From a virus (lineage: Duplodnaviria > Caudoviricetes), in IMG/VR virus record IMGVR_UViG_3300031953_000003, positions 24,790 to 88,789 of that record: 64,000 nt of DNA. One strand, 5' to 3'. The notes beneath the pieces are model-generated. The model made no database searches. It was not told the origin of the DNA and saw only the letters and a list, made by a program, of their open reading frames with translations. Position numbers and translations under genes: made by a program. How positions within the stretch are numbered: position 1 is the stretch's first letter; each line of letters opens with the position of its first letter. Positions 18,534 to 28,894 of this stretch are shown piece by piece.

Positions 18534-19373
18534 ATGTCTGATAAAAAAGAAAATATGGAAGGTACAGACGTAAAAACTGATGAAGTTTTAGAAGCTACAG
18601 AAACTAAACAAGATAGTGTTAGTACTTCTGTAGCTTCTGTTTCTTCAAATACGCCTACTGTCCTTACTAAAAGCGATCTTGCAACATTAGATTATGTTGA
18701 TTTCAGCACACCGGCTCGTATGCTGGCTTTAGGAGAAGTACTTGTAAAAAGTCAGCTTGTTCCACTTAAAAAGCCAGAGGACGTATTTGTGGCGCTACAG
18801 ACGGGCAGAGATTTAGGTTTACCGTTTATAACAAGCGTAACCCAAATTTATCCTATAAATAGTCGTCCTACGTTGGGTGTTCATATTATGAAGGGAATTT
18901 TGCTTAAAAGTAAAATTTTATTTGAAAAAACAGAGGATGCAGTTACTATTTATGAATTTGTTAAAGCAGATGAAAATGGTAAAACATTAATGAAGGAAGT
19001 AACACTTAAAAATGGTACTAAAGGAAAAATACCTTTAGAGATATTAGGCAAAGGTACTTTAAAAGAACAGCCTAGTAGTTCTACTAAAAGAGCAGTAGAT
19101 ACTCGTACTACTTATAAATTTCGTAGAGAAGTAAAAATGCGAAGTGGTAAATTTGAAATGCAAACTGCTTATGGTAGTTTTAGTATTTCTGATGCTACAC
19201 AAGCAGAGTTAATGGAAAAAGAAGTTTGGAAGAAGTATTGGAAAAGAATGTTAGATGCTAGAGCTTTTTCAATAGGTGCTAGAGAAATAGGAGATGATCT
19301 TCTATTAGGACTTATGACACCAGAAGAACTAGGATCAGATAATATACAAGAAATAGAGTACACAGAAGGTTAA
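18534..19373 (+). CDS. RecT/ERF-like single-strand annealing protein
   Basis: MLDARAFSIGAREIGDDLLLGLMTPEE resembles the RecT/Bet C-terminal core; start moved from 18441 to 18534 because the promoter lies within the longer frame. Confidence 0.7.
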   Translation: MSDKKENMEGTDVKTDEVLEATETKQDSVSTSVASVSSNTPTVLTKSDLATLDYVDFSTPARMLALGEVLVKSQLVPLKKPEDVFVALQTGRDLGLPFITSVTQIYPINSRPTLGVHIMKGILLKSKILFEKTEDAVTIYEFVKADENGKTLMKEVTLKNGTKGKIPLEILGKGTLKEQPSSSTKRAVDTRTTYKFRREVKMRSGKFEMQTAYGSFSISDATQAELMEKEVWKKYWKRMLDARAFSIGAREIGDDLLLGLMTPEELGSDNIQEIEYTEG

Positions 19374-19425
19374 CCAAGTCTTACATAAGTAAGCAATTAT
19401 ATAAATCAATTAATTATTTTTTATT

Positions 19426-19962
19426 ATGAAATTAAACAAATTAGTAAACACGCGCGGAACAAACGATCTAGGAGAAGTACTAGTAGCAACTTGTACTAAA
19501 GGACAATTTAAACTGTCTAATGACGCAGCTAAAAAACTTGATGTTAAAGCAGGAGATTTTGTATTCATTCAAGAAGCAGAAGATGATGGAGAAACTTTTC
19601 TTATTATCCAAAAATCTGATGAAGATAATGGTAATAAACTAGGAGAAGCCGGTAATGCTCTTCAATTTTCTCTTAGTGCTGCATGGAAAGCACTAGAAGC
19701 AAAAGGAGAAGCTGATGAAGATCATAATGTATCTTTCACTCTTGGGGATGTTATTGAATTTGAAGGTCAGTCTTTATATAGACTTACTATGGATTCTAAA
19801 AAAGAAAAAATTCAACGTACCACCTCAACTACTGATAAAGTAGATGTAAGTAAAACTAGTGAAGAAGGTGAAGAAAGTGTACAAGATGTAGATTCTGAAA
19901 TGAGCACTACTGAACCTATTGAAGAAGAAGAAGATGATTCTTTGTCTTTCAATGAAATGTAA
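19426..19962 (+). CDS. AbrB-like fold protein with highly acidic tail
   Basis: KGQFKLSNDAAKKLDVKAGDFVFI resembles the AbrB swapped hairpin; tail EEEEDDSLSFNEM. Confidence 0.55.
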   Translation: MKLNKLVNTRGTNDLGEVLVATCTKGQFKLSNDAAKKLDVKAGDFVFIQEAEDDGETFLIIQKSDEDNGNKLGEAGNALQFSLSAAWKALEAKGEADEDHNVSFTLGDVIEFEGQSLYRLTMDSKKEKIQRTTSTTDKVDVSKTSEEGEESVQDVDSEMSTTEPIEEEEDDSLSFNEM

Positions 19963-19983
19963 TATTTAATAGTATTAAATCCT

Positions 19984-20013
19984 AAAGGGAACTGTAAATA
20001 GTTCCCTTTTTTT
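19984..20013 (+). terminator. Rho-independent terminator
   Basis: AAAGGGAACT-GTAAAT-AGTTCCCTTT followed by TTTT. Confidence 0.9.
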
Positions 20014-20047
20014 AGCTAAATAAATAACGTTATTTAAATTAATTATT

Positions 20048-20770
20048 ATGAGTGAAGAAGTAAAAAAGAGTAAGGGAATTTTTGGTATTAATAAAGATGT
20101 TCAATCTAAAGCTAATGTACCATTATTAACTCCTATTAAATTAGACAAACCAGACCCTAAGTTTCCTACAGGTGTTAAATTTCCTATAGCTAGATTAATA
20201 AATGTTAAATCTAATACTCAATATGAAAAGAATGATGGTACTATAGTTCCTGTTCTTCAATTTGTATTTGTAGATAGCGATAAAAGACAATATACTCACT
20301 TTGAATGGGAGATAGAAGAATCAGATAATAAGTTTGATAAAAAAGTAGGTTGGATGCAAGCTAGAATCAAACATATTTATGAAGAAACTATTGGTGAATT
20401 TCCCGATAATGGTATTGGTAATCCAACTGGTGATGAAACAGAAGAGAATCAGTTTGCATTATTGTTTAACATTATAGAAAGTGACTTTAATAAAGTTACT
20501 ATTCAAAAAAATGATAAACCAGTACGTGTATTTACTCAACATTGGGCATACTACAAACTAGTTTATTACAATGGAAATCTTCAGTTTCCTTTTCCTAATT
20601 TTCTTGAAAGAATTACAGAAAAAGATCAACCCTGTAAAACTTTATCTATAGGTAAAAAAGATACTATAGATCAAGAAGCCTCTAAAAAAGCTACAACTGG
20701 AATACCGGGAATGGATAGTACACCAGATGGTTCAGATGATCTTCCAGCATTTGATGCTAGTTATTCATAA
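20048..20770 (+). CDS. Single-stranded DNA-binding protein (crAss-type) candidate
   Basis: Beta-rich core with acidic/aromatic tail DDLPAFDASYS; lies between RecT-like gene and primase. Confidence 0.6.
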   Translation: MSEEVKKSKGIFGINKDVQSKANVPLLTPIKLDKPDPKFPTGVKFPIARLINVKSNTQYEKNDGTIVPVLQFVFVDSDKRQYTHFEWEIEESDNKFDKKVGWMQARIKHIYEETIGEFPDNGIGNPTGDETEENQFALLFNIIESDFNKVTIQKNDKPVRVFTQHWAYYKLVYYNGNLQFPFPNFLERITEKDQPCKTLSIGKKDTIDQEASKKATTGIPGMDSTPDGSDDLPAFDASYS

Positions 20771-20793
20771 ACTATGTAAAATAAATTAATTAT

Positions 20794-20828
20794 AAAAAGC
20801 GATAACGGTTTAACTGTTATCGCTTTTT
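20794..20828 (+). terminator. Rho-independent terminator
   Basis: AAAAAGCGATAACGG-TTTAA-CTGTTATCGCTTTTT. Confidence 0.88.
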
Positions 20829-20843
20829 CTTATATACTTTAGT

Positions 20844-21965
20844 ATGAACATATCAATACTACCTACTTTAGATAAAAAGTATATACTAGATAGAATTACG
20901 CAAGAACAAATAATGGAAAGATATTTAGGTATATCTGTAGTATTTGATGAACTGGTGGTTGCACCTTCTATTATTCGTAAAGATAATAGTCCTACTTGTG
21001 GGTTTAAATATAATATGCATGGACGTTTAAGGTTTAAGGATTTTGGCCCAGGAGGTTTTTGGGGAGATTGTTTTGATGTTGTAGCTAAAGCTTTAAATAT
21101 AGATAGTAATAACTCCAAATCATTTCAATTAATACTACATACGATTGCTAAAGACTTTAGAATACATAAATATGTAGATAATAATGAAGTAATAAATTAC
21201 AATAAAATAACTAATCCCTTCTTTTCTAAACCTAAAAAAAAGGATAAACTAATATTTCATATTGCTCCTAGACCTTTTAATTATCATGATGATAGTTATT
21301 GGAATAGATTTAATGTAAATAGAAAATTACTTACTTTAGGTAAAGTATATGCAGCACAACAAATATCTTTATCAAGAATAGGTACTTATCCTACTCAAAT
21401 ATATACTTATAATCCTAAAGATCCTGCTTACTGTTATTATGATGGTAAAGATGAAGATGGTATAGATAAGTGGAAAATTTATTATCCTCTTAGAAATAAA
21501 AATGAACAAAGATTCCATTCTAATAATTCTTTTACACAAGGTAAACACATGATTACTTGTGGTAGAGTTGGTGTAATAACTAAATCTTTAAAAGATATAT
21601 TAAGTTTTAGAAGCTTCGGATTACAAGCTATAGCACCTCCTGCTGAAAGTGTGTTATTATCAGAAGATGATTATTGGTTTATGAAAACTAAATTTGATTT
21701 TCTTATATCATGTATGGATTATGATAGAGCAGGTATGTTAATGTCTAAAAAGTTATGGAAAACTTATAGAATACAACCAATGATGTTTACTAATAAATAT
21801 TTTGGTGCACCTGTAGATTACGGTATTAAAGATTTTGCAGAACATGTAGATGTAAAAGGAGTAAATGATACTCAAAAATTATTAGATAAGATAGCAGCAA
21901 AACATTTAAAAGATTTTAGAAAATTAGATAAATACTATTATAAATCACTAAGAAACATTTTATGA
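20844..21965 (+). CDS. DNA primase (DnaG-like, crAss-type)
   Basis: RKDNSPTC..FKDFG N-terminal domain; TOPRIM ITKSLKD, DYDRAG, KDFAE. Confidence 0.85.
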   Translation: MNISILPTLDKKYILDRITQEQIMERYLGISVVFDELVVAPSIIRKDNSPTCGFKYNMHGRLRFKDFGPGGFWGDCFDVVAKALNIDSNNSKSFQLILHTIAKDFRIHKYVDNNEVINYNKITNPFFSKPKKKDKLIFHIAPRPFNYHDDSYWNRFNVNRKLLTLGKVYAAQQISLSRIGTYPTQIYTYNPKDPAYCYYDGKDEDGIDKWKIYYPLRNKNEQRFHSNNSFTQGKHMITCGRVGVITKSLKDILSFRSFGLQAIAPPAESVLLSEDDYWFMKTKFDFLISCMDYDRAGMLMSKKLWKTYRIQPMMFTNKYFGAPVDYGIKDFAEHVDVKGVNDTQKLLDKIAAKHLKDFRKLDKYYYKSLRNIL

Positions 21966-22387
21966 ACAATACTATTGAATTAATGAAAAAAGGAAGTTTA
22001 ACTTATTTCATATCAGAAATATCAGAACAAGATAAAAATCTTATTAAAGATACGAAGAGTACAGAAAATAAAGAAAGTTTATTAGCAGCTTATTTTCTTT
22101 TAATAGATAAAGATTGCGTATCTGTTAAATTACTAGGAGAAACAGCTAATCTCTCCATTCACAATACAGGGGAATTTATCGGTAGCTTTGCAGGCAGAGT
22201 AATAGATAACGATAAACCTAGTATTAAGATAAGAGAAGTACATTATAGAAATTACGTTCATTCAGAAGAAAGACAAAAATCTTCAGCATGGTTAATTAAT
22301 ATGGGTACAGATAAACTAATAAGTATAAATTCCTTAAAAAAGAAACTTAACTCAAAATATTGTGTAATATGGATCAAAAAAAATTAG
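21962..22387 (+). CDS. Hypothetical protein
   Basis: 141 aa, ATGA-coupled to primase. Confidence 0.65.
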   Translation: MNNTIELMKKGSLTYFISEISEQDKNLIKDTKSTENKESLLAAYFLLIDKDCVSVKLLGETANLSIHNTGEFIGSFAGRVIDNDKPSIKIREVHYRNYVHSEERQKSSAWLINMGTDKLISINSLKKKLNSKYCVIWIKKN

Positions 22388-23298
22388 TACTACAAATAGA
22401 AGTACCTCAATATTTAAGAGAAATACAGACAGCTAAAGCAGCTAGACCTAAATATTATTATTGGGATGGTAATACTATTAAAGGTAAAGCTAAAAAATTG
22501 CTTTTAATGTATATTAAAAAAGAAAGTAAAAAAACTCTTACTAAAGAAAGAATAGTAAAACCTGATGATCTTAAAAATAATTATTTAATATTTGGTTTTA
22601 AAGGTAGTAAAGTATTTACTTATTTTATGCCAATAGGTATAGAATTTAAACTAAATGATTTAACTACTAAACAATATAAACTTAAAACTAAATATATTCT
22701 TTGTGAAGCAGTTACAGAAAAAGATGAATATGATTTTTTTATTCCTAATAGTCCTAGTGAATATAGTTATTTTAAAAAAGTAATAGCTAATGAAACTAAA
22801 GCGGGTAAACCTAGATATACTATAATTAAAGGTCAAGATATGTATAGTGGTACTCTTAATGAATTTACACGTGCTAAGATGGTTAATGAATTAAAGTATG
22901 ATTACTATAAAAAAACTTTTGATCAATTATTAGAAAATTTTATAGATTTTAATTACCCGTTACTGGTAGAGATGGAAATACAAGATACTATTAGAAATCA
23001 TTATGATAGAACTAAGGAAGGTGCAGGTATTAGATGGGATGTAGGTAATAGAGTATATCCTTATCTTAAAACTTTTGTAGATTTTTTAGTTAATGGTTAT
23101 GTAGTAGAAAAAGCTATTAAGGGAATGACCCAAGAGTATGGTATAGAAGGTATCATAATAGATGATGATAGACTTCACATAAGTGGAGAAGGTTATTACT
23201 TTACTCCTATTAAGGAACATAAAAATAGAAAATTAATATTTAACATATATGAAGATACCAGAGAAGGTTGGAAACATATAGAAAAATTTTTAACATGA
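22369..23298 (+). CDS. RusA-like Holliday junction resolvase with N-terminal extension
   Basis: WDVGNRVYPYLKTFVDFL...IIIDDD matches RusA D..N...K...D...DD; ATG 22369 preferred to TTG 22360. Confidence 0.6.
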   Translation: MDQKKLVLQIEVPQYLREIQTAKAARPKYYYWDGNTIKGKAKKLLLMYIKKESKKTLTKERIVKPDDLKNNYLIFGFKGSKVFTYFMPIGIEFKLNDLTTKQYKLKTKYILCEAVTEKDEYDFFIPNSPSEYSYFKKVIANETKAGKPRYTIIKGQDMYSGTLNEFTRAKMVNELKYDYYKKTFDQLLENFIDFNYPLLVEMEIQDTIRNHYDRTKEGAGIRWDVGNRVYPYLKTFVDFLVNGYVVEKAIKGMTQEYGIEGIIIDDDRLHISGEGYYFTPIKEHKNRKLIFNIYEDTREGWKHIEKFLT

Positions 23299-23495
23299 TA
23301 ACATACAGTAGAGTAAAAAGAAATAATATAAAAAAAGATCAATTAGTTAGAGTTACAGAAGGTGCTACCAAATACTTTGCTATTGTACATGATGTTAATG
23401 ATAAAGAAATATCTTTAATATTACCAACTGCTACTCTACCTTGTATAGTCAAAGGAATACATGAAACTATTGAAAAAGTAAATTATGATAATTAA
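23295..23495 (+). CDS. Small SH3-like hypothetical protein
   Basis: ATGA-coupled start at 23295; KKDQLVRVTEG beta pattern. Confidence 0.55.
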   Translation: MITYSRVKRNNIKKDQLVRVTEGATKYFAIVHDVNDKEISLILPTATLPCIVKGIHETIEKVNYDN

Positions 23496-25653
23496 ATCTA
23501 ATGAACCCGAAGATAAAGTAAGTATAGGAGAAACAACTACATTTACTTCTGGGATTGCAGCAGAGAATACAGGCTTAGCATTAAAAATGGTTTCTAAAAA
23601 CATGTATTCTAATCCTATAGGATCATTTATTAGAGAGATTACTTCTAATGCAGTTGATTCTAATATAGATGCAGATTCTGATGGTAATGTAATAGTTCAC
23701 TTTTATAAAGAAAAGGACTTTGCTTATATAGAATTTAAAGATACTGGAACAGGAATGAGTCCAGAACTTTTTAATAATATTTATATGCAATGGTTTAGTT
23801 CTACTAGAAGAGGAAGTAATCAAGGTATTGGTGGGTGGGGATTAGGTTCAAAATCTCCATTATCTTATCAACCTAATTTTGAAATTACTACTAGATCGGA
23901 AGGTATGGAATACCACTATATATATTCAGAAGGAGTAGGAAATAATTTACCTACTTCTGATCTTATATTTTCAAAAGAAACAACTGAATGTAATGGTACT
24001 ACTATTAGAGTAGAAGTTAAATTAGATGATATTTATAAAGTAAGTGAAGAATTAAATATTCAACTAAGTTATTTTAATAAAGTATATGTAAAAAATGATA
24101 TAAGTTATTTTAATAATAATTTTAAAATATATGATTCTGAACATTACCGATTAAAAAATACTTCAAGACCTTATGGTGAGTATATGCATATATCATTAGG
24201 ACAAGTTACTTATCCTATTGATTGGAATGTAATGGGTTTAGCACCTATTAGAATACCAGTAGCTTTAAGATTTGAAACAGGTGATCTTGATGTTATTTTA
24301 AATAGAGAAGCAATTAATTATACTGATTCTTCTATTAAAGCTATTATTGATAAAATTGATTTAGTTACAGATGATTTACTTGAAAAATATAATGAACAGT
24401 TAAGATTTGAAGATTTATTAAAATACATTAAAGCTGTAGAAGGTAAATCTAGACCTATGTTTACTATAAAAGATGTAGAAATAAACATGAGTGATTATGA
24501 TATAAAACCTACGTTTGTACCATTTTCTAATTATACCATAGTTAAAAAGTATTTATCTAGTCTTTTTTGTATGTACTCTGTTAGAGATTTATCTAAAGCA
24601 AAAGTAGAAGAAAAAAGTGATCCTTTAACTACTGATTATTTAACTAATTCTTATATGAACCTGTTATTTGTTAGTGATAGGGTTAATATATATGATTCTA
24701 CGTATAATCAAAATGGTAGTTTGGTAAATAGATCTAAATTAAATAAACGTCATATTTATAAACTTTCTAAACTTCTTGGTTTAATAGAAAGTGAAGAAGG
24801 GTATGAAAATACTATTTATAAAACAGGTCATATAGCTATAATAAGTAAAGTAGTAAAATTTATAGATAATTTTGTTATTAGTTATTGTAAATCATATAAT
24901 TGTGCTCCTGATTACTGGATAGAGAATTATAAACAAGAACAAAGACAATTACAGTCTGATCGTAAAGAATCTATTACTTGGTATGATTTTGATGCTACTA
25001 GAGAAAAAAGTACTTATGGTAAATTAGAAGAAAAGTATAAGTATATATTTTACATGAACAAAGATGGTGATACTAAAGAAAATGTAGCTTACAAAGGACT
25101 TTATAATCTTATACCTAATCATTTTAAAAGTGTAAGTACTTTTATTTTAATTAAGCCTTCTGTATGTAATAAAGTTAAAAACAAAAAAAACTTTATTGAT
25201 GCTAAGAACTTAATTAAAATAAATGAATTTAAAAGTTCTTTTCAAAGATTACTTTACTATAAACGTTTTAAAATATTTGAAAGTAAATGTGATGTAAATC
25301 TATTAATCTATAGTGACTATTATTATAATTTGTATAAATATATGTCAGAAAGTTTTAACAAGTCTTATGAAACTAGAGAAAATTGTAGAAATAATATGTC
25401 TGAATATCATAATCAAGTATATGTAGATTTAGTAGATTATTTTGGAGAGCAACTTAATAAAATTAAAGTAAAACCTAATAGAATATCTATAGATAAACTA
25501 AATAGAGCAGATGAAGTTCTTGACTTTATTAAAAAAGTAGATATTATACAATATCTTAGTTATAATATACCTCATAACTATAAGGCAGATATTCTTAGAA
25601 GATTAGGAGTACTTAAAATTAATACTAAACATTTAATAATTAAAAACGAATAA
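23485..25653 (+). CDS. rIIA: rIIA-like protein (GHKL ATPase)
   Basis: REITSNAVDS, FKDTGTG, GGWGLGSKS, TTIRV. Confidence 0.85.
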   Translation: MIIKSNEPEDKVSIGETTTFTSGIAAENTGLALKMVSKNMYSNPIGSFIREITSNAVDSNIDADSDGNVIVHFYKEKDFAYIEFKDTGTGMSPELFNNIYMQWFSSTRRGSNQGIGGWGLGSKSPLSYQPNFEITTRSEGMEYHYIYSEGVGNNLPTSDLIFSKETTECNGTTIRVEVKLDDIYKVSEELNIQLSYFNKVYVKNDISYFNNNFKIYDSEHYRLKNTSRPYGEYMHISLGQVTYPIDWNVMGLAPIRIPVALRFETGDLDVILNREAINYTDSSIKAIIDKIDLVTDDLLEKYNEQLRFEDLLKYIKAVEGKSRPMFTIKDVEINMSDYDIKPTFVPFSNYTIVKKYLSSLFCMYSVRDLSKAKVEEKSDPLTTDYLTNSYMNLLFVSDRVNIYDSTYNQNGSLVNRSKLNKRHIYKLSKLLGLIESEEGYENTIYKTGHIAIISKVVKFIDNFVISYCKSYNCAPDYWIENYKQEQRQLQSDRKESITWYDFDATREKSTYGKLEEKYKYIFYMNKDGDTKENVAYKGLYNLIPNHFKSVSTFILIKPSVCNKVKNKKNFIDAKNLIKINEFKSSFQRLLYYKRFKIFESKCDVNLLIYSDYYYNLYKYMSESFNKSYETRENCRNNMSEYHNQVYVDLVDYFGEQLNKIKVKPNRISIDKLNRADEVLDFIKKVDIIQYLSYNIPHNYKADILRRLGVLKINTKHLIIKNE

Positions 25654-25655
25654 CA

Positions 25656-26039
25656 ATGTCAAAAAAGAAGGAAGTAACAAAAAAAGAAATAACTGCTAAT
25701 CAATACGGTAGAAATATTGTAATGGTAATTGAAGGAGAGAAATACTCAAAAGCTTTTATTGAAAAAGCAGATAGAGATAGACTTCTTGAAGAAGCGGTTA
25801 AATATAACAAACGTCCTAGTAATAAAAGACGTGATGAATTAATTAAAGAGCTTTCCGGATTTGTAGATAATCCTACAATAGTAGCAAAACCTAAGAAGAA
25901 AGCTAAGCCTAAAGCAGCAGAAGTAAAAACATTAACTAATCAAGAGGAAATAGAAAAAGCTCAAAAACTCTTAAAAAAACATGGTTACAATGTTGAAAAA
26001 GCCGGATATTCACCAACACCAAGACGAGGAGAGCATTGA
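25656..26039 (+). CDS. Short basic protein in the rIIB position
   Basis: 127 aa directly after rIIA; N-terminus NIVMVIEGEKY loosely rIIB-like. Confidence 0.5.
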   Translation: MSKKKEVTKKEITANQYGRNIVMVIEGEKYSKAFIEKADRDRLLEEAVKYNKRPSNKRRDELIKELSGFVDNPTIVAKPKKKAKPKAAEVKTLTNQEEIEKAQKLLKKHGYNVEKAGYSPTPRRGEH

Positions 26040-26697
26040 TTATCTAATTAGTAACATTCCTCTTATATTAGATAATAAAGATACTAACGTTAAAGAGGTA
26101 GGTATGTATTACCTACCTTTTAGTGTTGGTATTGAAATAGAGTGTGATCAAAAAGCAACTTTTAATGAAGAAATATTTAAAGATATTCCTAATATAATGC
26201 ATGTACAATGTGATAATAGCGAGCAACGATTTAGAATACCTAATGGAATACAGGGTTTACAATGTCTTTATGAAATAACTGAAAATCTTATTGAATTTTG
26301 TAATTTAAATATAAAAAGTGGTATTCATTATCATATAGATTGTACTGATTTTTATGATAAAATTAATGATAAGTTTGTAGAAGATAAAGAACAAGAAATG
26401 TTACTTGAACTTGATAAATGGTGTTACAAAGGTACTTATAATCATAGAAGTATTAAATTTAGAGCAGGTCATACATGGATTAGATTTCAAGATAGTTTTA
26501 AAACTATGGAATTTAGAATAGGAGAAATGACTTTTGATTATAAATTACTTTTTAATAGAATAATTCATGCATCTACTATTGTTAATAATTTTAAAGATTA
26601 TGTAGAATATGAACATGAATGTATTCATAATCCTGTTATTAAATATTTAAGTGAAGATATGAAACAAATATTATTAAATAGAATTGAAAAGATATGA
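25981..26697 (+). CDS. Putative amidoligase (COOH-NH2 ligase-like)
   Basis: GIEIEC, SGIHYHID, MEFR; start uncertain (overlaps upstream gene). Confidence 0.65.
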   Translation: MVTMLKKPDIHQHQDEESIDYLISNIPLILDNKDTNVKEVGMYYLPFSVGIEIECDQKATFNEEIFKDIPNIMHVQCDNSEQRFRIPNGIQGLQCLYEITENLIEFCNLNIKSGIHYHIDCTDFYDKINDKFVEDKEQEMLLELDKWCYKGTYNHRSIKFRAGHTWIRFQDSFKTMEFRIGEMTFDYKLLFNRIIHASTIVNNFKDYVEYEHECIHNPVIKYLSEDMKQILLNRIEKI

Positions 26698-26861
26698 AAC
26701 AAGTATATTTAACAATGATTTTTCCCGATACAGGAGAAGTGATTATACATAAAACTGATACTAAAGATGATTATAAATCTTATATAAAATACGATTTAGG
26801 TATTGAAGTAAATAGTTGTAAATATATGATAACAGAAGAGATTAATATTAATATAAACTAA
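26694..26861 (+). CDS. Small hypothetical protein (not in ORF track)
   Basis: 55 aa, ATGA-coupled, fills the gap. Confidence 0.55.
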   Translation: MKQVYLTMIFPDTGEVIIHKTDTKDDYKSYIKYDLGIEVNSCKYMITEEINININ

Positions 26862-26863
26862 TT

Positions 26864-27544
26864 ATGAAAGTAAATCTTAAAGTAATAACACCTAATATAG
26901 AACAAACTATTATTGAAATAGCTAGAGTATCTAGTATTAGAAAAGACAAATCAGAAAATCCTGTACCTTTAATTAATCATTTAATTAAAAATAAACATTG
27001 GTCACCATTTGAACATGGAAGTATGACTATGGAAATAGTAACTTCTAAGCCTATAGCTATACAATTATTACGTCATGTTAGTTTTAGATTTCAAGAGTTT
27101 AGCCAACGTTATTCAAAAGTAACTAAATTGGAAGATGTAGAATTTAGATTACAAGCAGAAAAAAATAGACAAAGTAGTACTGATATTTTAGGTGGTATTA
27201 AATATTTACAAGACAATAGATTATCTGTTTGGATGGAAGATACAGCTAGTGATGCTTTTACAAATTGGTTATATAAAGTACAAAAAAATCTTAGAACTAC
27301 TTTAGAACTTTATTCAGAAGGTTTAGATTTAGGAGTTGCTAAAGAATGTGCTAGAATGATTCTTCCTATGACAAGTCAGACGACTATCTTTATGACAGGT
27401 AATGTTAGATCATGGATTCATTTATTAGATATAAGAGATGATGGTCATGCTCAAAAAGAAGTACAACTTATTGCTAAAGAAATGAAAAAAATCTTTATAG
27501 AGCAATGTCCTATAATAGCTAAAGCAAGAGGATGGGTTGCTTAG
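26864..27544 (+). CDS. thyX: Flavin-dependent thymidylate synthase
   Basis: HWSPFEH, RHVSFRFQEFSQRY, ECARMILP, GNVRSWIH, HAQKEVQ. Confidence 0.93.
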   Translation: MKVNLKVITPNIEQTIIEIARVSSIRKDKSENPVPLINHLIKNKHWSPFEHGSMTMEIVTSKPIAIQLLRHVSFRFQEFSQRYSKVTKLEDVEFRLQAEKNRQSSTDILGGIKYLQDNRLSVWMEDTASDAFTNWLYKVQKNLRTTLELYSEGLDLGVAKECARMILPMTSQTTIFMTGNVRSWIHLLDIRDDGHAQKEVQLIAKEMKKIFIEQCPIIAKARGWVA

Positions 27545-27672
27545 TAAACTACTGGGGTATTAAAACTAAAGTATTTGATACAGAAGAAGAAGCTCAATAT
27601 TTTATAGATTTTGATGCTCCTTATTTGTGGATTCCTAGAAAAGATTGTAAAATAAGTAATACTAAAAAATAA
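27532..27672 (+). CDS. Small hypothetical protein (not in ORF track)
   Basis: 46 aa MGCLVNYWGIKTKVFDTEEEAQYF... Confidence 0.5.
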   Translation: MGCLVNYWGIKTKVFDTEEEAQYFIDFDAPYLWIPRKDCKISNTKK

Positions 27673-27674
27673 TT

Positions 27675-27974
27675 ATGAAAATATTAGCGGAAAAAGAAAA
27701 AGGGTTTATAGTAGAATTAAGTGAAAACGAATTAGCTAATGTGTTAGGTTATTATTCAGCTATAGGAAGTGGTTATTATAAAGATATAAAAATAGCTATG
27801 AAAAACACGACTGATTTACCTATTAGTGAAATATATCAAAAACACTATCGAATTAAAAATTTACAACAGCAAGCTGATTATAATACAGCCATTGCTAAGT
27901 TAAGTGAAATGATAGAAGCTTTAACCCCTGTTACAAATTTACTTAATGATTTACCAACAATTAAAGAAGAATAA
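27675..27974 (+). CDS. Hypothetical protein
   Basis: 99-aa ORF. Confidence 0.7.
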   Translation: MKILAEKEKGFIVELSENELANVLGYYSAIGSGYYKDIKIAMKNTTDLPISEIYQKHYRIKNLQQQADYNTAIAKLSEMIEALTPVTNLLNDLPTIKEE

Positions 27975-27976
27975 CT

Positions 27977-28894
27977 ATGGCAATAATAGCAGTTAGTGGT
28001 AAAATAGATAGTGGTAAAGATACTATAGGTAAAATTATTAGATGGTTAGAATATTCAACTGATATAAATATTATATCTATGAACCTTCATCCTAAGGCTA
28101 TAGGAGTATATACTTTTAAAGATTTTATTAATAATAGAGTACAGCCTAATAAAATAAATACTTGGGAAATTAAAAAATTTGCAGATCCTCTTAAAGATAT
28201 AGTTTGTATTCTTTTAAATTGTACTAGAGAGCAATTAGAAGATGAAGAATTTAAAAATAAAGAATTAGGAGAAGAATGGTGGTATTACGGAATCTTTAAT
28301 ATTTATGAAGAATTTTTACCTTATGGTGAATCTAAATTAATAAAAATATACGATACTAAAGAAGAAGCTAACCAACATATAGTAAATTTAGAGCAAAAAA
28401 TTTCTTATATGGAAGAATTTAGACCTAGAGATATTTTAAGAGTACAGTTAATTAAACTTACACCTAGAAAACTTATGCAATTACTAGGTACTGAATGCGG
28501 TAGAAATATAATTCATCCTAATATATGGATTAATACTTTAATGAGCCAGTATATACCATATAAAAGCTATCCCAATAAAGAAAAGTATGAACATACTATG
28601 TTTGATCCTAATTGGATAATAACTGATCTTAGATTTCTTAATGAACTTAAAGCTGTTAAAGATAGAAATGGTATTGCTATTAGAGTTAATAGAGATACTA
28701 AAATAAATACACCTAAAGGTGTTAGATGGCTTAATTATGATGATTGGGTATTTGAATCTACAGGTAAAAAACCACATATATCTGAAACAGAATTGGATAA
28801 TGCTAAATTTGATCATGTAATTAATAATGATAGTACTCTTGAAGAATTAGTAGAAAAAGTAAAAGAAATATTAATTAAAGAAAATATTATTTAA
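27977..28894 (+). CDS. Deoxynucleoside monophosphate kinase
   Basis: SGKIDSGKDT, FADPLK, TPRKLMQLLGTE, ITDLRF.NE, HISETELD. Confidence 0.9.
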   Translation: MAIIAVSGKIDSGKDTIGKIIRWLEYSTDINIISMNLHPKAIGVYTFKDFINNRVQPNKINTWEIKKFADPLKDIVCILLNCTREQLEDEEFKNKELGEEWWYYGIFNIYEEFLPYGESKLIKIYDTKEEANQHIVNLEQKISYMEEFRPRDILRVQLIKLTPRKLMQLLGTECGRNIIHPNIWINTLMSQYIPYKSYPNKEKYEHTMFDPNWIITDLRFLNELKAVKDRNGIAIRVNRDTKINTPKGVRWLNYDDWVFESTGKKPHISETELDNAKFDHVINNDSTLEELVEKVKEILIKENII

